Below, piece by piece: positions 12,366 to 25,584 of a DNA stretch of 64,000 nt. Numbering within the stretch: the stretch's first letter is position 1; each line of letters begins with the position of its first letter. The position numbers and the translations under genes were made by a program. The stretch is from the NCBI RefSeq assembly GCF_030684315.1, contig NC_081387.1, forward strand, positions 23,058,647 through 23,122,646, given 5' to 3'. Origin of the DNA: Stegostoma tigrinum. Lineage: Eukaryota. Under the pieces are notes generated by a model. That model saw only the letters and a list, made by a program, of their open reading frames with translations, ran no database searches and had not been told where the DNA came from.

Positions 12366-13168
12366 GGACACCCATGTTTTGTTGTGAAGGAAAAACCAGG
12401 GTGGAACATTCAGTCCCTGGGCATCAGTTGATATCTAATCACGGTTAGAAACCTGTGACCAACAACTCCTCAATTTCGAACCTTACATCCCTAAACAACA
12501 TGGAATGAGTCTCATCTTGACTGGGTTAATTTTCCTTTTATATATATTACTTTTCCATTGCACCATTTTATATAATATTCTCTCATCTGACGCTGCAGAA
12601 CATTTTCCTTCATCTGCTGTCGGTAAAACCCACTTTCTTGATGAACAATGACAGAAAATACTCATTTTGAAACTCAATCATATCTTTTCCTTCATCAACA
12701 GGTCTCCATTTTGACCCCTGATCAGCTCCACCACTCCCCTTTTATAACCTGTCTACTGTTAATACACCGATAAAAACTGTTCAGATCTCCTTTATCTTTA
12801 CCAGACCTTTGGACTCCTCATTATCTTCCAGTTTATCAAAAGCAAAAGCTGTGCTGTGGAACACAGGAGCCCACAAACAGGATGGTGGGCAGGTTCAATC
12901 TTGATTATTGGATTAAGATGTGAAAATGCGTCAATGGTCTTTCAGTAAGCCTGGAAATGGACAGTCAAACTTGAGTCTAAATTCTAATATCGACATGACA
13001 TCTGAACTTGAGGTGGCCTCCCATTTGGTTTTCTGCTCTGGGAAAAAGCAAACTCTCCGTTGTTATTGCAAAATGTTTACACTGTCGTTCTTCTCTCTCT
13101 GCCATGCCTTTACTCAGTTTGGAATGTATAAAGTATGAAATGTAGTGAATAACGTGCCTATGAAGGAT

Positions 13169-15147
13169 AACAAAGTGTGGAGCTGGATGAACACAGCAGG
13201 CCAAGCAGCATCCCAGCAGAACAAAAGCTGACGTTTTGGGCCTAGACCCTTCATCAGAAAGGGGGATTGGGAGAGGGTTCTGGAATAAATAGGGAGAGAG
13301 GGGGAGGCGGACTGAAGATGGAGAGAAAAGAAGATAGGTAGAGAGGGGAGTATGGGCGAGGAGGTAGGGAGGGGATAGGTCAGTCCAGGGAGGACGGACA
13401 GGTCAAGGTGGTGGGATGAGGTTAGTAGGTAGGAAATGGAGGTGCGGCTTGAGGTGGGAGGAGGGGATGGGTGAGAGGAAGAACAGGTTCGGGAGCCGGG
13501 GACGAGCTGGGCTGGTTGTGTGATGCAGTGGGGGGAGGGGACGAGCTGGGCTGGTTGTGTGATGCAGTCGGGGGAAAGGGAGATTTTGAAGCTGGTGAAG
13601 TCCACATTGATACCATTGGGCTGTGGGGTTCCCAAGCGGAATATGATTTGCTGTTCCTGCAACCTGGCGGAAGTGTCGGAGGATGATGCGTTGTAACCGG
13701 AGTTTGGTGGGGTGGTATGTGAGGACAAGGGGAATTCTGTGGTGGTTGTTGCAGGGGTGGGGTGTGAGGGTTGTGTCGCGGGAAATGGGGAAGAGGCGGT
13801 GGAGGGCATTCTCGACCACTGAGGGGGGGAAGTTGCGGTTCTTGAAGAACATGGACATCTGGGATGTGCGGGAGTGGAATGTCTTGTCGTGGGAGCAGAT
13901 GCGGTGGAGGCAAAGGAATTGGGAATAGGGGATGGAATTTTTGCAGGAGGGTGGGTGGGAGGAGGTGTATTCTAGGTAGCTGTGGGAGTTAGTGGGCTTG
14001 AAATGGACATCCATTTCTAGCTGGTTACCTGAGATGGCGACTGAGAGGTCCAGGAAGATGAGGGATGTGTTGGAGATGGCCCAGGTGAACTTGAGGTTGG
14101 GGTGGAAGGTGTTGGTGAAGTGGATGAACTGTTCGAGTGCCTCTTGGGAGCAATTTCCCGCAACACATCCTGCCCCCCCGCAACAACCACCCGAAGAGAT
14201 CCCCCTCATCCTCACATACCACCCCACCAACCTCCGGATTCAATGCATCATCCTCCGACACTTCTGCCATCTACAATCCGACCCCACCACCCAAGACATT
14301 TTTCCATCCCCACCCTTGTCTGCTTTCCGGAGAGACCACTCTCTCCGTGACTCCCTTGTACGCTCCACACTCCCCTCCACCCCCAACACACCCAGCACCT
14401 TCCCCTGCAACCGCAGGAAGTGCTACACTTGCCCCCACACCTCCTCCCTCACCCCCATCCCAGGCCTCAAGATGACTTTCCATGTTAAGCAGATGTTCCC
14501 CTGCACATCTGCCAATGTGGTATACTGTATCCGCTGTACCCGGTGTGGCTTCCTCTACATTGGGGAAACCAAGCAGAGGCTTGGGGACCGCTTTGCAGAA
14601 CACCTCCGCTTGGTTCGCAATAAACAACTGCACCTCCCAGTCGCGAACCATTTTAACTCCCCTCCCGTTCCTTAGACGGCTTGTCCATCATAGGCCTCCT
14701 GCAGTGCCACAATGATGCCACCCGAAGGTTGCAAGAACAGTAACTCATATTCCGCTTGGGAACCCTGCAGCTCAATGGTATCAATGTGGACTTCACAAGC
14801 TTCAAAATCTCCCCTTCCCCTGCTGCATCCCAAAACCAGCTCAGCTCATCCCCTCTCCCCCACTGCATCACAAAACCAGCCCAGCTTGTCCCCGCCTCCC
14901 TAATCCTCTCACCCATCCCTTCCTCCCACCTCAAGCCGCATCTCCATTCCCTACCTACTAACCTCATCCCGCCTCCTTGACCTGTCCGTCCTCCCTGGAA
15001 TCCTCTCCCCATCCCCCTCTCTGATGAAGGGTCTAGGCCCGAAACGTCAGCTTTTGTGCTCCTGAGATGCTGCTTGGCCTGCTGTGTTCATCCAGCCTCA
15101 CACTTTGTTATCCTGGATTCTCCAGCATCTGCAGTTCCCATTATCTC
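13169..15147. mobile_element. Penelope-like retroelement insertion with inverted 5' segment (RT C-terminus on -, GIY-YIG endonuclease on +)
   Basis: Minus ORF: LEQFIHFTNTFHPNLKFTW..S..SLIFLDLSV...FKPTNSHSYLEYTSSHPPSCKNSIPYSQF. Plus ORF: CTSANVVYCIRC.RCGFLYIGETKQRLGDRFAEH. Inverted pLTRs, TSD-like tgcctatgaaggat / tgcctgtgagggat. Confidence 0.92.
15021..15048 (+). ncRNA. Minimal type I hammerhead ribozyme motif in a Penelope pLTR
   Basis: CTGATGA-A-GGGT(CTAG)GCCC-GAAA-CG-TC: intact catalytic core, stem II, palindromic ACGT in place of stem III. Stem I is weak. Confidence 0.65.
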
Positions 15148-15619
15148 TGCCTGTGAGGGATGATCTTTTATTTAACGCACAAACACCTGTTTGATACAAT
15201 CAATTACTCAAATCTGTCCATTCTATTAGATCATTGCTGATCAACATGCCAACTCCTTACTCACCTTTTTTATCTGTATTGATCAATACACGTACCAAGC
15301 CAAAAAAAAACTCAGCCCAGACATTTTATTTTTAACCTTTAGAGGTTTTTGGGGAGAGTTCCGGAATTTCATTGCCCTTTTTGTGAAAGACAAGTCCAGA
15401 GATCAGACCTAAATGGCAACTCTATATTGCTGTCCGATCATGCCTACTTCTGGATTCTGATTTCCCTGTGCTTATGTTTATGAAATCCTGATCATTCTCA
15501 ATATCTCAATCTTTAACCTACTGAAGTCAAGACATTGCAAATCACATTCGTGCAAACTTTTCCTCGGGATGTAATGCTCCACGTGCTGGCTTCATTCCAG
15601 TGAAAAAGCAAAACATATT

Positions 15620-16565
15620 CAAATGAAGGAGGGAGGTAAAAAAGAGTAAATGTACCTGATTAGCCTGACATCAATTGTTGGAAACATGATGGAATCAATG
15701 ATTGAGGAAGTAATCGCAGCAGCGTTGGAAAATCATAATCTAATCAAACAGAGTCAGCGTGGCTTCATGAAATGGAAATTGTGTCTGACTAATTCATGAG
15801 AGATTTTCAACCAGCGTGGATACAGGGGAAACCATTAATGTGTTATATTTGGACTTCCAGAAGTTGTTGTACAAGGTACCATGCGGTTAAGTTCGGTTTA
15901 GCTCAGTTCACTAGACGTTTGGTTTGTAAAACAGTGTGATGCTAACATTGCGGGTGCAATCCCTGCCCTGGCTGAGGTTACCCTGAAGGACTCTCCTTCT
16001 CAACCCTTCCCCTTGCCTGAGGTGTGGGTGCCTGCAGCTTAAATCACCACCAGTAACTCTGTCTCATGAGAAAGCAGCCGTATGGTCTGGTAAGACTGTG
16101 GCAACTGGAGGTAGTATATCGGCATGAGTAGAGAATTGGCCCATGAGCAGGAAGCAGTCAGTGGGGATAAGGGACCCTTTTTCAGGTTGGTGACCTGTGA
16201 CCAGTGGCATTCCACAAGGTTCAGTGCTGGGATCACAGCAGTGTATGATCGATATCAATGACTTGGAGGCAGGAAGCAAGTTTACTGTAGCCAAGTGTGC
16301 AAATGACACGAAGAAAGATGGAAAGGCAATTTGTGAGAGGGATATAAACAGTTTATAGAGAGATGTTGGTAAGTTAAGCAAATGAGCAAAGAGCTGGCAA
16401 ATGCAGTATCATGTGGGAAAATGTGATGTTGTTCATTTTGGAAGGGATAACAAAAGAACACAGTATTGTTTCAACGGAGGAAAAACTGCAGAAAGCTGCA
16501 ACACAAAAGGGACTTGTGCACGAAACACGGAAAGCCAGCATACAGGCACAGCAGGTAATCAGAAA
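15620..16565 (+). mobile_element. Decayed CR1 LINE RT region, interrupted by a tRNA-derived SINE (about 15885-16110)
   Basis: tatatttggacttccagaag (YLDFQK), agtggcattccacaaggttcagtgctggga (SGIPQGSVLG). SINE head ggtttagctcagt...ggtgcaatccc. Confidence 0.75.
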
Positions 16566-17019
16566 GGATCACAGTCCAAAGATGTGCATGTTGAGTGGAT
16601 TTGCTGTATTAAATTGACTATCATGTCCAGGGATCTGCAGGCGAGGTGTATCAGCCATGAGATGTGCAGAGTTAGGAGAATAGGGTAGTGGGTTGTGTTT
16701 GGGTCAGTGCAGACTCAATGGGTGGAACGGCCTCTTTTCACTGCAGGGTTCTGTGATTTTTCCTGTCTATTACTGGCCTTACTGAAGTTGAGGACACTGG
16801 GTTGAGAACAGAGCTGCTGGCTTTCAAACGAAACTTGAAATTTTACCGCATTATGCTCACAAGCTCATATTCATTGATTTCCATTGACACAGTCAATTCA
16901 TCTATCTTGTTTAAAATGCTGCATGCTCTCAGATGAAGAGCTCTGAACATTGACTTTCTACTGTTTCTATGTATTCTGCTTTTGTTTCTGCTACACTATT
17001 AGAGCCAAGAGTAATGATT

Positions 17020-18540
17020 AGGCCCTTCAGCCCATTGAGGCTGCATCAATAAAATAAATCACCGAACTACACTGATCTCACTTTGCAGCACTTGGCCCAA
17101 AGCCGGGAATGTTAGACATTGGAAGTGCTTATCCATGTATTTTTAAAGGTTCTGCCAATCCTCTCAGGCAGCTCATTCCAGATTCCCACATCCTCTGGAT
17201 GAAAAATATTTTCCTCAGATTCCCCCTAAACCTCCTGCTCTTCTTCTTAAAATTATGTCCCTTCAATATTGACCCTTCAACTAAGGGCAACAGTCATTTC
17301 CCATCTACCCTGTCCATGCCCCTCATAATCTTACCCTCCTCAATCAGGCCCCCCTCTTCCCGCCTCAGCCTTCTCTGCTCTAAAGGAAACAACCCGAGCC
17401 TATCCAATCTCTCTTCATAGCTCAACTACTACAACCCAGGCAACATCCTGGTGAGTCTTCAGTCCACCCCTTAAAGTGCAGTCACATTCATTCTCTGATG
17501 TAGTGACCAGAACCGTACACTGTACTGCAGTGGTGGCCGAACTGAAGTCCTGTATAACTCAACATAACACCTCATGTTCTTATAATCTATCCCATGATTC
17601 ATAAAGGCAACTGTCCATGTGCCACGTTAACCATCCAATTAACCTGTCCTGCCGTCTTCAGGGATCAGTGGACAATCTCACCAATATCTCTCTGTTGCTC
17701 TGAGCTTCCTATGATCTGCAATTAAACAGGACACTATTGTTTTGTTCCATCTTCTAAAGAGCATCATGTCACACTTTTCAGGATTAATCTCCATGTACCA
17801 CTGATGTGCCGATCTCACCAACCTATATGCAGGGTCTTGTCACCTAAAGCTCCCTCCTCTCTATTAACCACACAAAAATCTTCGTGTTGCCTGGAAATTT
17901 ACTGAATATTCCTTTCACATTCTCATCCAGATTGTCTATATAAATCTGTGTAAATTACAAACAATATGGGACGAAGCGCGGATCCCTGTGGTATGTCACT
18001 GGACACTGGATTCCAGTCACACAAACAGCATTTCACCCCATCCTCTGTCTCCGACCACTTGGACAATTTTGGATCCATTTTGCCAAATTACCTTAAATCA
18101 AAAGCACTTTTCCGTTCTTTATCAGTCTCCCATGTGAGATCCTGTCAAAGGCTTTGCTGAAATCCATATAAACCACATCACTGCGTTACCCTCACCCAAA
18201 CATTTGGTCATCTCCTCAAAAAATTCAGTCAAATTTGCTCAGCACGGCCTCCCTCTGACAAAACTCTGCTGACTATTCCTGGTCAAATCTTGCCTGTCTG
18301 AATGGAGATGACTTCTCTCCTTCAGAATTATCTCCGATAGTTTCCCAAACACTGATGCATGACTCACTGGTCTGTGATTCCCTGGTTTATTGCGACCAGC
18401 CTTCTTGGAAAGTGGAAACACATCAGGTGTCCTCCAGTCCTCTGGCATCTCCCCTGTAGCCAGAGAGGAATTAAAAATGTGTGTCAGGGCCCCTGTAATT
18501 ATCTCTCTCACTTCACACAGCAGCCTGGGATACAACTTTT
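17020..18540 (-). mobile_element. CR1 LINE, decayed
   Basis: Minus ORF 18239..18556: YPRLLCEVRE...SSLATGEMPEDWR...KPGNHRPVS...SQQSFVRGRPC. Confidence 0.85.
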
Positions 18541-18547
18541 CTTGTAA

Positions 18548-18885
18548 TTCATTCACAGGAAGTGGATGTCACTGGCTGTGCCAGCATTGTTTTATTGCCC
18601 TGGGGGTATTTATGAGTCAATCACATTGCTGTGGGTCTGGACTCACATGTGGGCCAGACCAGGTAATGATGGCAGGTTCCTTCCCTCAAGGACATTGGTG
18701 AATCAGATGGGATTTCTGACAATCAACAATGGCTTTATGGTCATTTTTAAACTTTCAGTTCCAGATTTTCATGTAATTCAAAATCCATCATCTACCAGGA
18801 CAGAATCCGAACCAAGCCCCCAGAACATGACCTGGATCTCTGGAGTAACAGTCCAGAGTTAGTCCCACTGGACCTTCGCCTCAGC
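18548..18885 (-). mobile_element. SINE/LINE-tail repeat family (other copies about 9770-9980, 25820-26030, 41530-41790 and 48450-48790 on +)
   Basis: Shared gagtcacatgt-ggccagacc-ggtaa-gatggcag-ttccttccct-aaggacatt core. The 48450 copy has a tRNA-like head. Confidence 0.65.
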
Positions 18886-19074
18886 CAGACCCGGAATTTT
18901 GTCCACATTTGAACTCACCAAAACCTCCATTGACTCCTCACTCTCTTTGTCAAATAACTGAAGAACATCACAGTCCATGTTCCCAAATTCTATGCACATT
19001 TTTTTGCTCCAAAATGAAGACAGAAGTGAAGTACTCATTTCAAACCCAACCACGACCCTCTGGTTCATTGCACA

Positions 19075-20190
19075 GATTGCCCCTTTGGTCCCTAATGGGC
19101 TCTGAGTAAAGTTAGAGAACATGGTATTCAGGGTGAGCATGCCAACTGGATACAAAGTTGGTTTTACTTTGGAGACAGAGTTTGGTGGTGTTGGGGGATT
19201 GTTTTTTAGACTGTGACCATTGGTGTTCCACAGGTACTGGGTTCACTTTTGCTTGTCATTGATATAAATGATTTGGATGAGAATATGGGAGGTGTGCTGA
19301 GTAAGTTTGAAGATGACATCAGGATGAGTGGGATTGTGGACAGTGAAGAAGGTTATCTAAGACCAGAAAGAAATCTTGACCAGTTGGGTCAATGGGCTGA
19401 GGAGTAGCAGATGGAGTTTAATTTGGACAGATGTGAGGTATTGCCTTTTAGTAAAACAAAAAAGGCCAGGACTTATTACAATTAATGGTACGGCCCAGGG
19501 CGGTGTTGTAGAACAGAGAGAATGAGGGGTTCAGGTACAAAATTCTTTGAAATCTGTGTCACAGGGCAGTTAAGAGCCCATTTTGCACACTTGCCCTCAT
19601 TGCTCAGACCTTTGATGATGGGAGATAGGACGTCATGTTGACATTGTATGAGATGTTGGCCTCTCCTGGACGGCTGTGTCCAGTTCTGGTCAGAGAGTCA
19701 TAGAGTCACAGAGATGTACAGCACGAAAGCAGACCCTTCGCTCCTACGTGTCCATGTTGCCCAGATATCCTACATTAGTCTCGTCCACTTGCCAGCATTT
19801 GGACCATAATTTGTCTGAGCACTCCCTATTCATTTGCCCATCCAGATGCATTTTAAATTTTGTAATTGTACCAGCCTCCACACCTTCCTCTGGCAGCTCA
19901 TTCCATCCATGAGTCACCCACTGCGTGAAAAAATTGCCCCTAAGATCCCTTTTCAATCTTTCCCCTCTCGCCTTAAACCTGTGCCCTCTAGTTTTAAACA
20001 CCCCCACCCTGGGGAAATCCATTTACTCTATCCCAGCTGCTCATGATTTTGTAAACTTTTATAAGGTCACTCTTCAACCTCTGATGCTCCAGGGAAATTC
20101 ATTCCAGCCCATTCAGCCCGACTGTGCAGCTTCAACCCTCCAACCTTGGCAATCCCCTTGTAAACTTTTTCTGAATCCATTCAAGTTTTC
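19075..20190. mobile_element. Two abutting CR1 fragments: + (19075-19690) and - 3' end (19690-20190)
   Basis: GVPQVLGSLLLVIDINDLDEN...SKFEDD on +; RGHRFKARGERLKRDLRGNFFTQWVTHGWNELP on -. Confidence 0.8.
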
Positions 20191-20747
20191 ACAACATCCT
20201 TACAACCAGCAAACCTTAAACAGACCATCGCTTGCAGCAAACTACCCAACCTTCAGGACAACATTGACCACAACACCACACAACCCTGTTATGGTAACCT
20301 CTGTAAAACATGTCAGATCATCAACATGGACACCGCCATCACGCATGGGAACACCACCCACCCACGTGCACAGCAGTTACTCATGTGGCTTGGCCAACGT
20401 TGTCTATCATCCGCTGCAGGTACGGATGGCTCGAGGCATGGTACATGGGCGAAACTGTGCAGACACTATGACAACTGATGAATGGATATTGTGCAACTCT
20501 CGCCAAACCGTGATGGCCTCTCCCATTGGGGAACACTTCAGCGCTCAAGGACATTCAGCCTCGAATCTTTGGGGAAACATCCTCCAAGGCGGACTTTGGG
20601 AAACACAATAATACAGATTTGCGAACAGAGGCTGATAGCCAAGTTCGGTCCCCATGAGGACGGCCTCAACTGGGATCTTGGGTTCATGTCACACGACAGT
20701 GACCCAACCACACTATACACTCCCACACAGATCCTCTCTCATACATA

Positions 20748-21181
20748 NNNNNNNNNNNNNNNNNNNNNNNNNNNNNNNNNNNNNNNNNNNNNNNNNNNNN
20801 NNNNNNNNNNNNNNNNNNNNNNNNNNNNNNNNNNNNNNNNNNNNNNNNNNNNNNNNNNNNNNNNNNNNNNNNNNNNNNNNNNNNNNNNNNNNNNNNNNNN
20901 NNNNNNNNNNNNNNNNNNNNNNNNNNNNNNNNNNNNNNNNNNNNNNNNNNNNNNNNNNNNNNNNNNNNNNNNNNNNNNNNNNNNNNNNNNNNNNNNNNNN
21001 NNNNNNNNNNNNNNNNNNNNNNNNNNNNNNNNNNNNNNNNNNNNNNNNNNNNNNNNNNNNNNNNNNNNNNNNNNNNNNNNNNNNNNNNNNNNNNNNNNNN
21101 NNNNNNNNNNNNNNNNNNNNNNNNNNNNNNNNNNNNNNNNNNNNNNNNNNNNNNNNNNNNNNNNNNNNNNNNNNNNNNNNN
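20748..21181. other. Assembly gap (434 N)
   Basis: Run of N flanked by CA-rich simple repeat. Confidence 1.
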
Positions 21182-21332
21182 ACACACACACTTATTCTCT
21201 CTATCACACACACACTTATTCTCTCTCTATCTCACACACACACACTTATTCTCTCTCTCTCTATCACACACACACTTATTCTCTATCTCTATCACACACA
21301 CACATATTCTCTATCACACACACACACACACA
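21182..21332. repeat. Compound microsatellite (CA)n-CTTATT-(CT)n-AT units
   Basis: Directly visible, units of about 26-30 bp. Confidence 0.9.
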
Positions 21333-22517
21333 TAAATCTATGGAGTGAATTTGTATTTGTAGATACGTTATAGTTTTGGGTCTATTTAACACATCCTCAT
21401 CAGTGCTGTGGCTCTTTGATCTTTTACTATAAATTCTGTGTCTGATTCCTCCTCTCTCACCAACACCTGCGGGAGCGAGGCTTGAAAGCTTCTGTTTTCA
21501 AATAAATCTTTTGGATTAAACACCACACATGATGGTGTGTGATTTCAAACACTATACTCATATAATTTCATTCCATTGAACTCCTTTTGTCAGGAATGCT
21601 GCTTCACATGTTAATTTGTCAAAAGAGTTGTCAGCACTTTGAAACTTAATACATGCTTCTCTCTCAAATGACTTCCCAGCACAGACTGAAAAACAAAGTC
21701 AGAGTCTGGAAAGATCTGCTCTTGTATCGTGAGGCTGTGGGGGAAGGTTAGATAGGAAGAAACTGTCCCACTTGGTGGAAGGATCAATAGGAAGATTGAG
21801 AACAGGTTGAAGGGAAAATGGCATTGGGAACATGATGTTCTGAAATTCAGTGCCTGACAGTGTGGTGGAGGCAGGGACATTTGAAGGATCTGTAGGGATG
21901 ATTAGAATGGGTGGGTGTCACACAATAAACTTCTCCCGTGGAGAGCTGCACATGTGTGATCAGGTCCTGCACTCTAAGCATTTTGTGATCCTGTGCCTTA
22001 CTGCAGATGCGGCTCCCGTGAGTCACACAGGTATTGACCAGCACCCACATACTACAGCTCCAACACATCACCTCCCTGCTGTCTCTATTGAGTTTTATCC
22101 AACTAATCAGGTTGCAAGTTTAGAAGTACCACTCAACAATATTTTGTAATTATTAGGAAGTAGTAATTCTCTAAATTTATTCTGATACTCAGATCCCTTA
22201 CTTACCATCGCAACTGTTGTCACATTAAATTAACACCCTGAGACATGCTCTGGGTCATACTCTTTCTGTTTTATTTGTTACTTACCAAATCAGAATTTTT
22301 AATTTCTCCATTAAAAGTAAAATGTTTCAAGACAGAAAAAAATCTCACTATTTCTCTCTGACACGTCTATAAGTTCTCTTGCTGAGTGTGGTCACCTGGA
22401 GGTGATGCATTAATTTTAATAACATTAATGATTTTCGGTGAGTTACAGTTGAAAGAGCAACTTGCCCGCAGTGACACATTTGTTCGAAGGAGGGAGCAAA
22501 AGCCAAAGAGCGAATTC

Positions 22518-22641
22518 AGTGAAAACGAAAGTAAATATTTTCAGGGAGGGGCTGTCGTTGTGAATGTCTCCATTTTTTACACATTTGTCCGAGAAAAGGC
22601 GGAAAATGTTCGATCAGATTGTGGGAAAGTAAGAGGTGAGT
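22518..22641 (+). promoter_or_regulatory. ISRE promoter-like cassette with first-exon splice donor (copy B), 6.3 kb upstream of the BTN ATG
   Basis: AGTGAAAACGAAAGT (22518-22532) and donor GAG|GTGAGT (22636-22641), both conserved with copy A. Confidence 0.55.
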
Positions 22642-22907
22642 CCCAAATCCTCTTTAATTTCAGGAAGGGCTCATTCCCAGTGGGATCGGGTGGATTTTAG
22701 TCCCGCTGAAAGATCCCAATCAAATCCAAGGAGTTGAACGGGGAGCCGCTGGGGATTGTGCAGTGAAAAGGTGAAACCTTTCTCCAGTGTCTCTGATCAG
22801 CTGCACAGAGCCTGGAGCTGGTTCCTGTCAGTATAAGGGAACAGGAGGGAGAGGCAATGTCTAACATTCACTTCTCAGGGTCAGACACAGCGACTGGAAA
22901 GGGAGAC

Positions 22908-22917
22908 GGAAGTGAAA
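22908..22917 (+). promoter_or_regulatory. ETS-IRF composite element (EICE) GGAAGTGAAA; also at 2021-2030 and 58671-58680
   Basis: Exact GGAANNGAAA match conserved in three module copies. Confidence 0.4.
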
Positions 22918-24254
22918 AGGAGGAACAGAGTGAGGGCCATGAGATGGAACATGACCCATTGGGGTTTCTGTTTAAAGGCAAATAATTCAATCCTGGAGAC
23001 AATTGTGACGCTTCATGTCCTGACATAAACTTTAATTGAAGAGTTTCCCTTGTGTTGAGTCCATTCTCCGATTCCTTCTTTCCCATTTCGGGTTTTCTGC
23101 CTCCACCATCGAGAGCAGCTGCGTGGGCCCTCAGATCCGGAGCGCTCTCCATTCCTCAATCCATCAATTCCTCTCCACTTCCCTCCGCCTCCCTTCAGCT
23201 TGTTCCGAGAACCTCTCTGCAATTCTCTGCTCCTTTCAGCTGGTTCTTCAGATGTCGCTTTGACTGATCTTTTACTGAATTGATTTACATTCTGTTCGCT
23301 GCTTTCACTCTCAGTCTCTCCCTTGTTGAGCCCAGGATCTCCTGTGCTTTGCTGACTGCTCTCTCAGCATGGCCTGTCACCATCAGAGATTGATCCACAC
23401 AAACCCCCTCCCTCAGTTCCTGCTCACTCGACGGAATTGTGTCTGTAAATGGACAGTGTAATTCCTTGCTCCTTTTGTTAAAACACATCACTTCACAATC
23501 TGCTCAGTTAAATTCAATCTGTCAGTTGTCTGCGTATTTCTTTCCCAAGGATGTAAGAAAATCACTTGTGAACATGACTGTTGTTATCCATGTGTTTTTG
23601 TGGATGTTTGAATCAATGCCTGTCCTTGATGGAAACCTGGCCAAGTAGTGATGACAATTTCTCCGGAAATAAATCCTCCCCATCTGGCTGCACTTCCATC
23701 ATGAGACCCATCGAGGCTGTTCTGCTGGCCGTTTGGCCTTTTTCACACCTTTCCCTGACCCTCTGCTCTTTGGGTCCTCTCCTCCTGTTGAGCATCTCAT
23801 CTCATTTAAATTCTCATTCTAACCCATCCTTCCCAGTAATTTTCTCACTGATGGACCTTCACTGTTTTCCTCCCTCATCCTCTGCATTAAACAACTTCTC
23901 ATCTTTCTGATGAAAGGTCATCACCCTGAAACATTAACTTGCCTTCTGTCTCCCTAACAGATGAATAGATTGAGTTAATTCAGACTTTATTTTTTAATTT
24001 CTCATCATTGATAATTGAAGAATCTCCTTCTGAAATAGAATCAGATAGTTTTACAGCACAGAAACAGGCCCTTCGGCCCATTGCGTCCATGCAGATTCTG
24101 ATTCTGTTTTCCAGGCCTTGGCCTGTAGCCTTGTCTGCGATGGATCGTCGAGTGCTGATCAGAATTATTCTGAAATGTCTGAGGTTCGTGCTCTTTTAGG
24201 CAGTGAGTTCCAGATATTCATACATTCTGGGTGAAACAAACTTTCTTTACCTTC

Positions 24255-25040
24255 TAAGAAAATCCGAAAGAACTGCGGATGCTGAAAAACAGGAACAACA
24301 ATGAAGTTGCCAGAAAAGCTTAGCAGGCCTGGCAAGAATAAAGAATAAAAAAAGGCAGAGTTAATGTTTCAGGTCCAGTGATGGTGGCTGTGAAAACGTC
24401 AGTTTGTAACCACATTTTGCTGCTCACAATGTGGTCTCCTCTACATTGGGGAAACGTAGTGTAGACATAGTGACGGCTTTGCAGAACATCTACGTTCTGA
24501 TGGCAAAAAAAGACCCTGAACTACCTGTTGCCTGCCACTTTGATGCACTTGCTGCCTGACCAACATCTCTGTCTTGCTACAGTGTTCCAGCGAAGCCCAA
24601 CGCAAGCTGGAGGAACAACACCTCATTTTCCGCTTGGGGACCCTACAGCACTCTGGACTCAATATTGAGTTCAGTAATTTTAGGGCCTAAAGTCTCCCAT
24701 GTCCCAGCCCCCTAGCCCACACACCAGGCCTTGTTACCACACAGCCTGCCACTACACACTCCCTGTTGTTAGTCACTAACAGCCCCCATTAACAACTACT
24801 CACCCTCCCAGCCTGATCAATGGCAACTCCTTTGTCTGTCCAACTGTCTGTCTCTCTCTTTGGGCTCTATCCTCTCGTTTACTCCCTACCCCACCCACCT
24901 CCGTATTTCCTGCATCTCAATTGACATTTTCCCAGCCACCATCAGTTCTGAGGAAAAGTCACCGCACCCAAAACGTTAACTCTGAATTTTCCTTCACGGA
25001 TGCTGCCAGACATGCTGGGCTTTTCTGGCAACTATATTTT
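24255..25040 (+). mobile_element. Penelope-like fragment with inverted pLTR piece
   Basis: tgtggtctcctctacattggggaaac (CGLLYIGE), aagctggaggaacaacacctcattttccgcttggg (KLEEQHLIFRLG), degenerate hammerhead at 24944-24981. Confidence 0.75.
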
Positions 25041-25459
25041 TTCCCTCTTTACCTCCTCTTTCAGTTAAAGTGACCCCTGGATGAAGCGGGAGAAGAAGCT
25101 TTGCCTTATCTAACAAGTCTATGCCCCTTAAAACTTTTTACACTACAGTCAGATTCCCTGCTCAATTTTCTCTGCTTTGGGAAATCAACCCCAAACTCTC
25201 CAGACTATCTTCATTGCTGAACCACTCTAGTCCAGAAAACATCCTGGTGGATGCACTTTCACCCTCTCTGGTGCAATCATGTCTTTCCAGCACTGCACAC
25301 GTTACTCCAACTAATTAAGTAACATTATACACTGCATACCTACTTATTCATCTTGCTGTCTCTCCATTGAGCTCACTGCCAGCTAATCCTCCCTCAATCC
25401 AAACTCCCCAACCCCTCTATCCCTAAATGTAACCCAGTGTCTTGAATCTCTTCCTGCAG

Positions 25460-25584
25460 CTGGACTCGATAATGATGATTTCACTGCTCGCTATGTTTCT
25501 CGATATACTTCCTGATCAGAGTTCTTCTGCAGTGTTTGTGAAAAATATCTCATTGCGGAATAGTCTGACTTTCTGAAGCTAGAG
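25460..25584 (+). other. Candidate non-coding 5' UTR exon of the BTN-like gene
   Basis: Acceptor tctcttcctgcag (ends 25459) and perfect donor GAG|gtaagt (25585). The ATG exon begins with an acceptor, so an upstream exon is required. Contains only a short uORF ending in TGA. Confidence 0.4.

Larger units (their letters stand above)
20195..21555 (+). mobile_element. Penelope-like element (GIY-YIG remnant, CA/TC microsatellite, 3' end) spanning the gap
   Basis: Frameshifted ANVVY...WY.GET...PIGEHFS.QGHS, EQRLIAKFGPHEDGLNWDLGFMSH. Confidence 0.8.
21385..23010 (+). repeat. Local segmental duplication, copy B (lacks 261 bp corresponding to A 1247-1507)
   Basis: Colinear high-identity match to copy A, including the same Penelope 3' end and CR1 fragments. 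Junction tgtggtca|cctggagg at about 22394. Confidence 0.95.

Noticed and set aside
20482-21373. Long ORFs crossing the N run
   Set aside because: Artefacts of the assembly gap and microsatellite.
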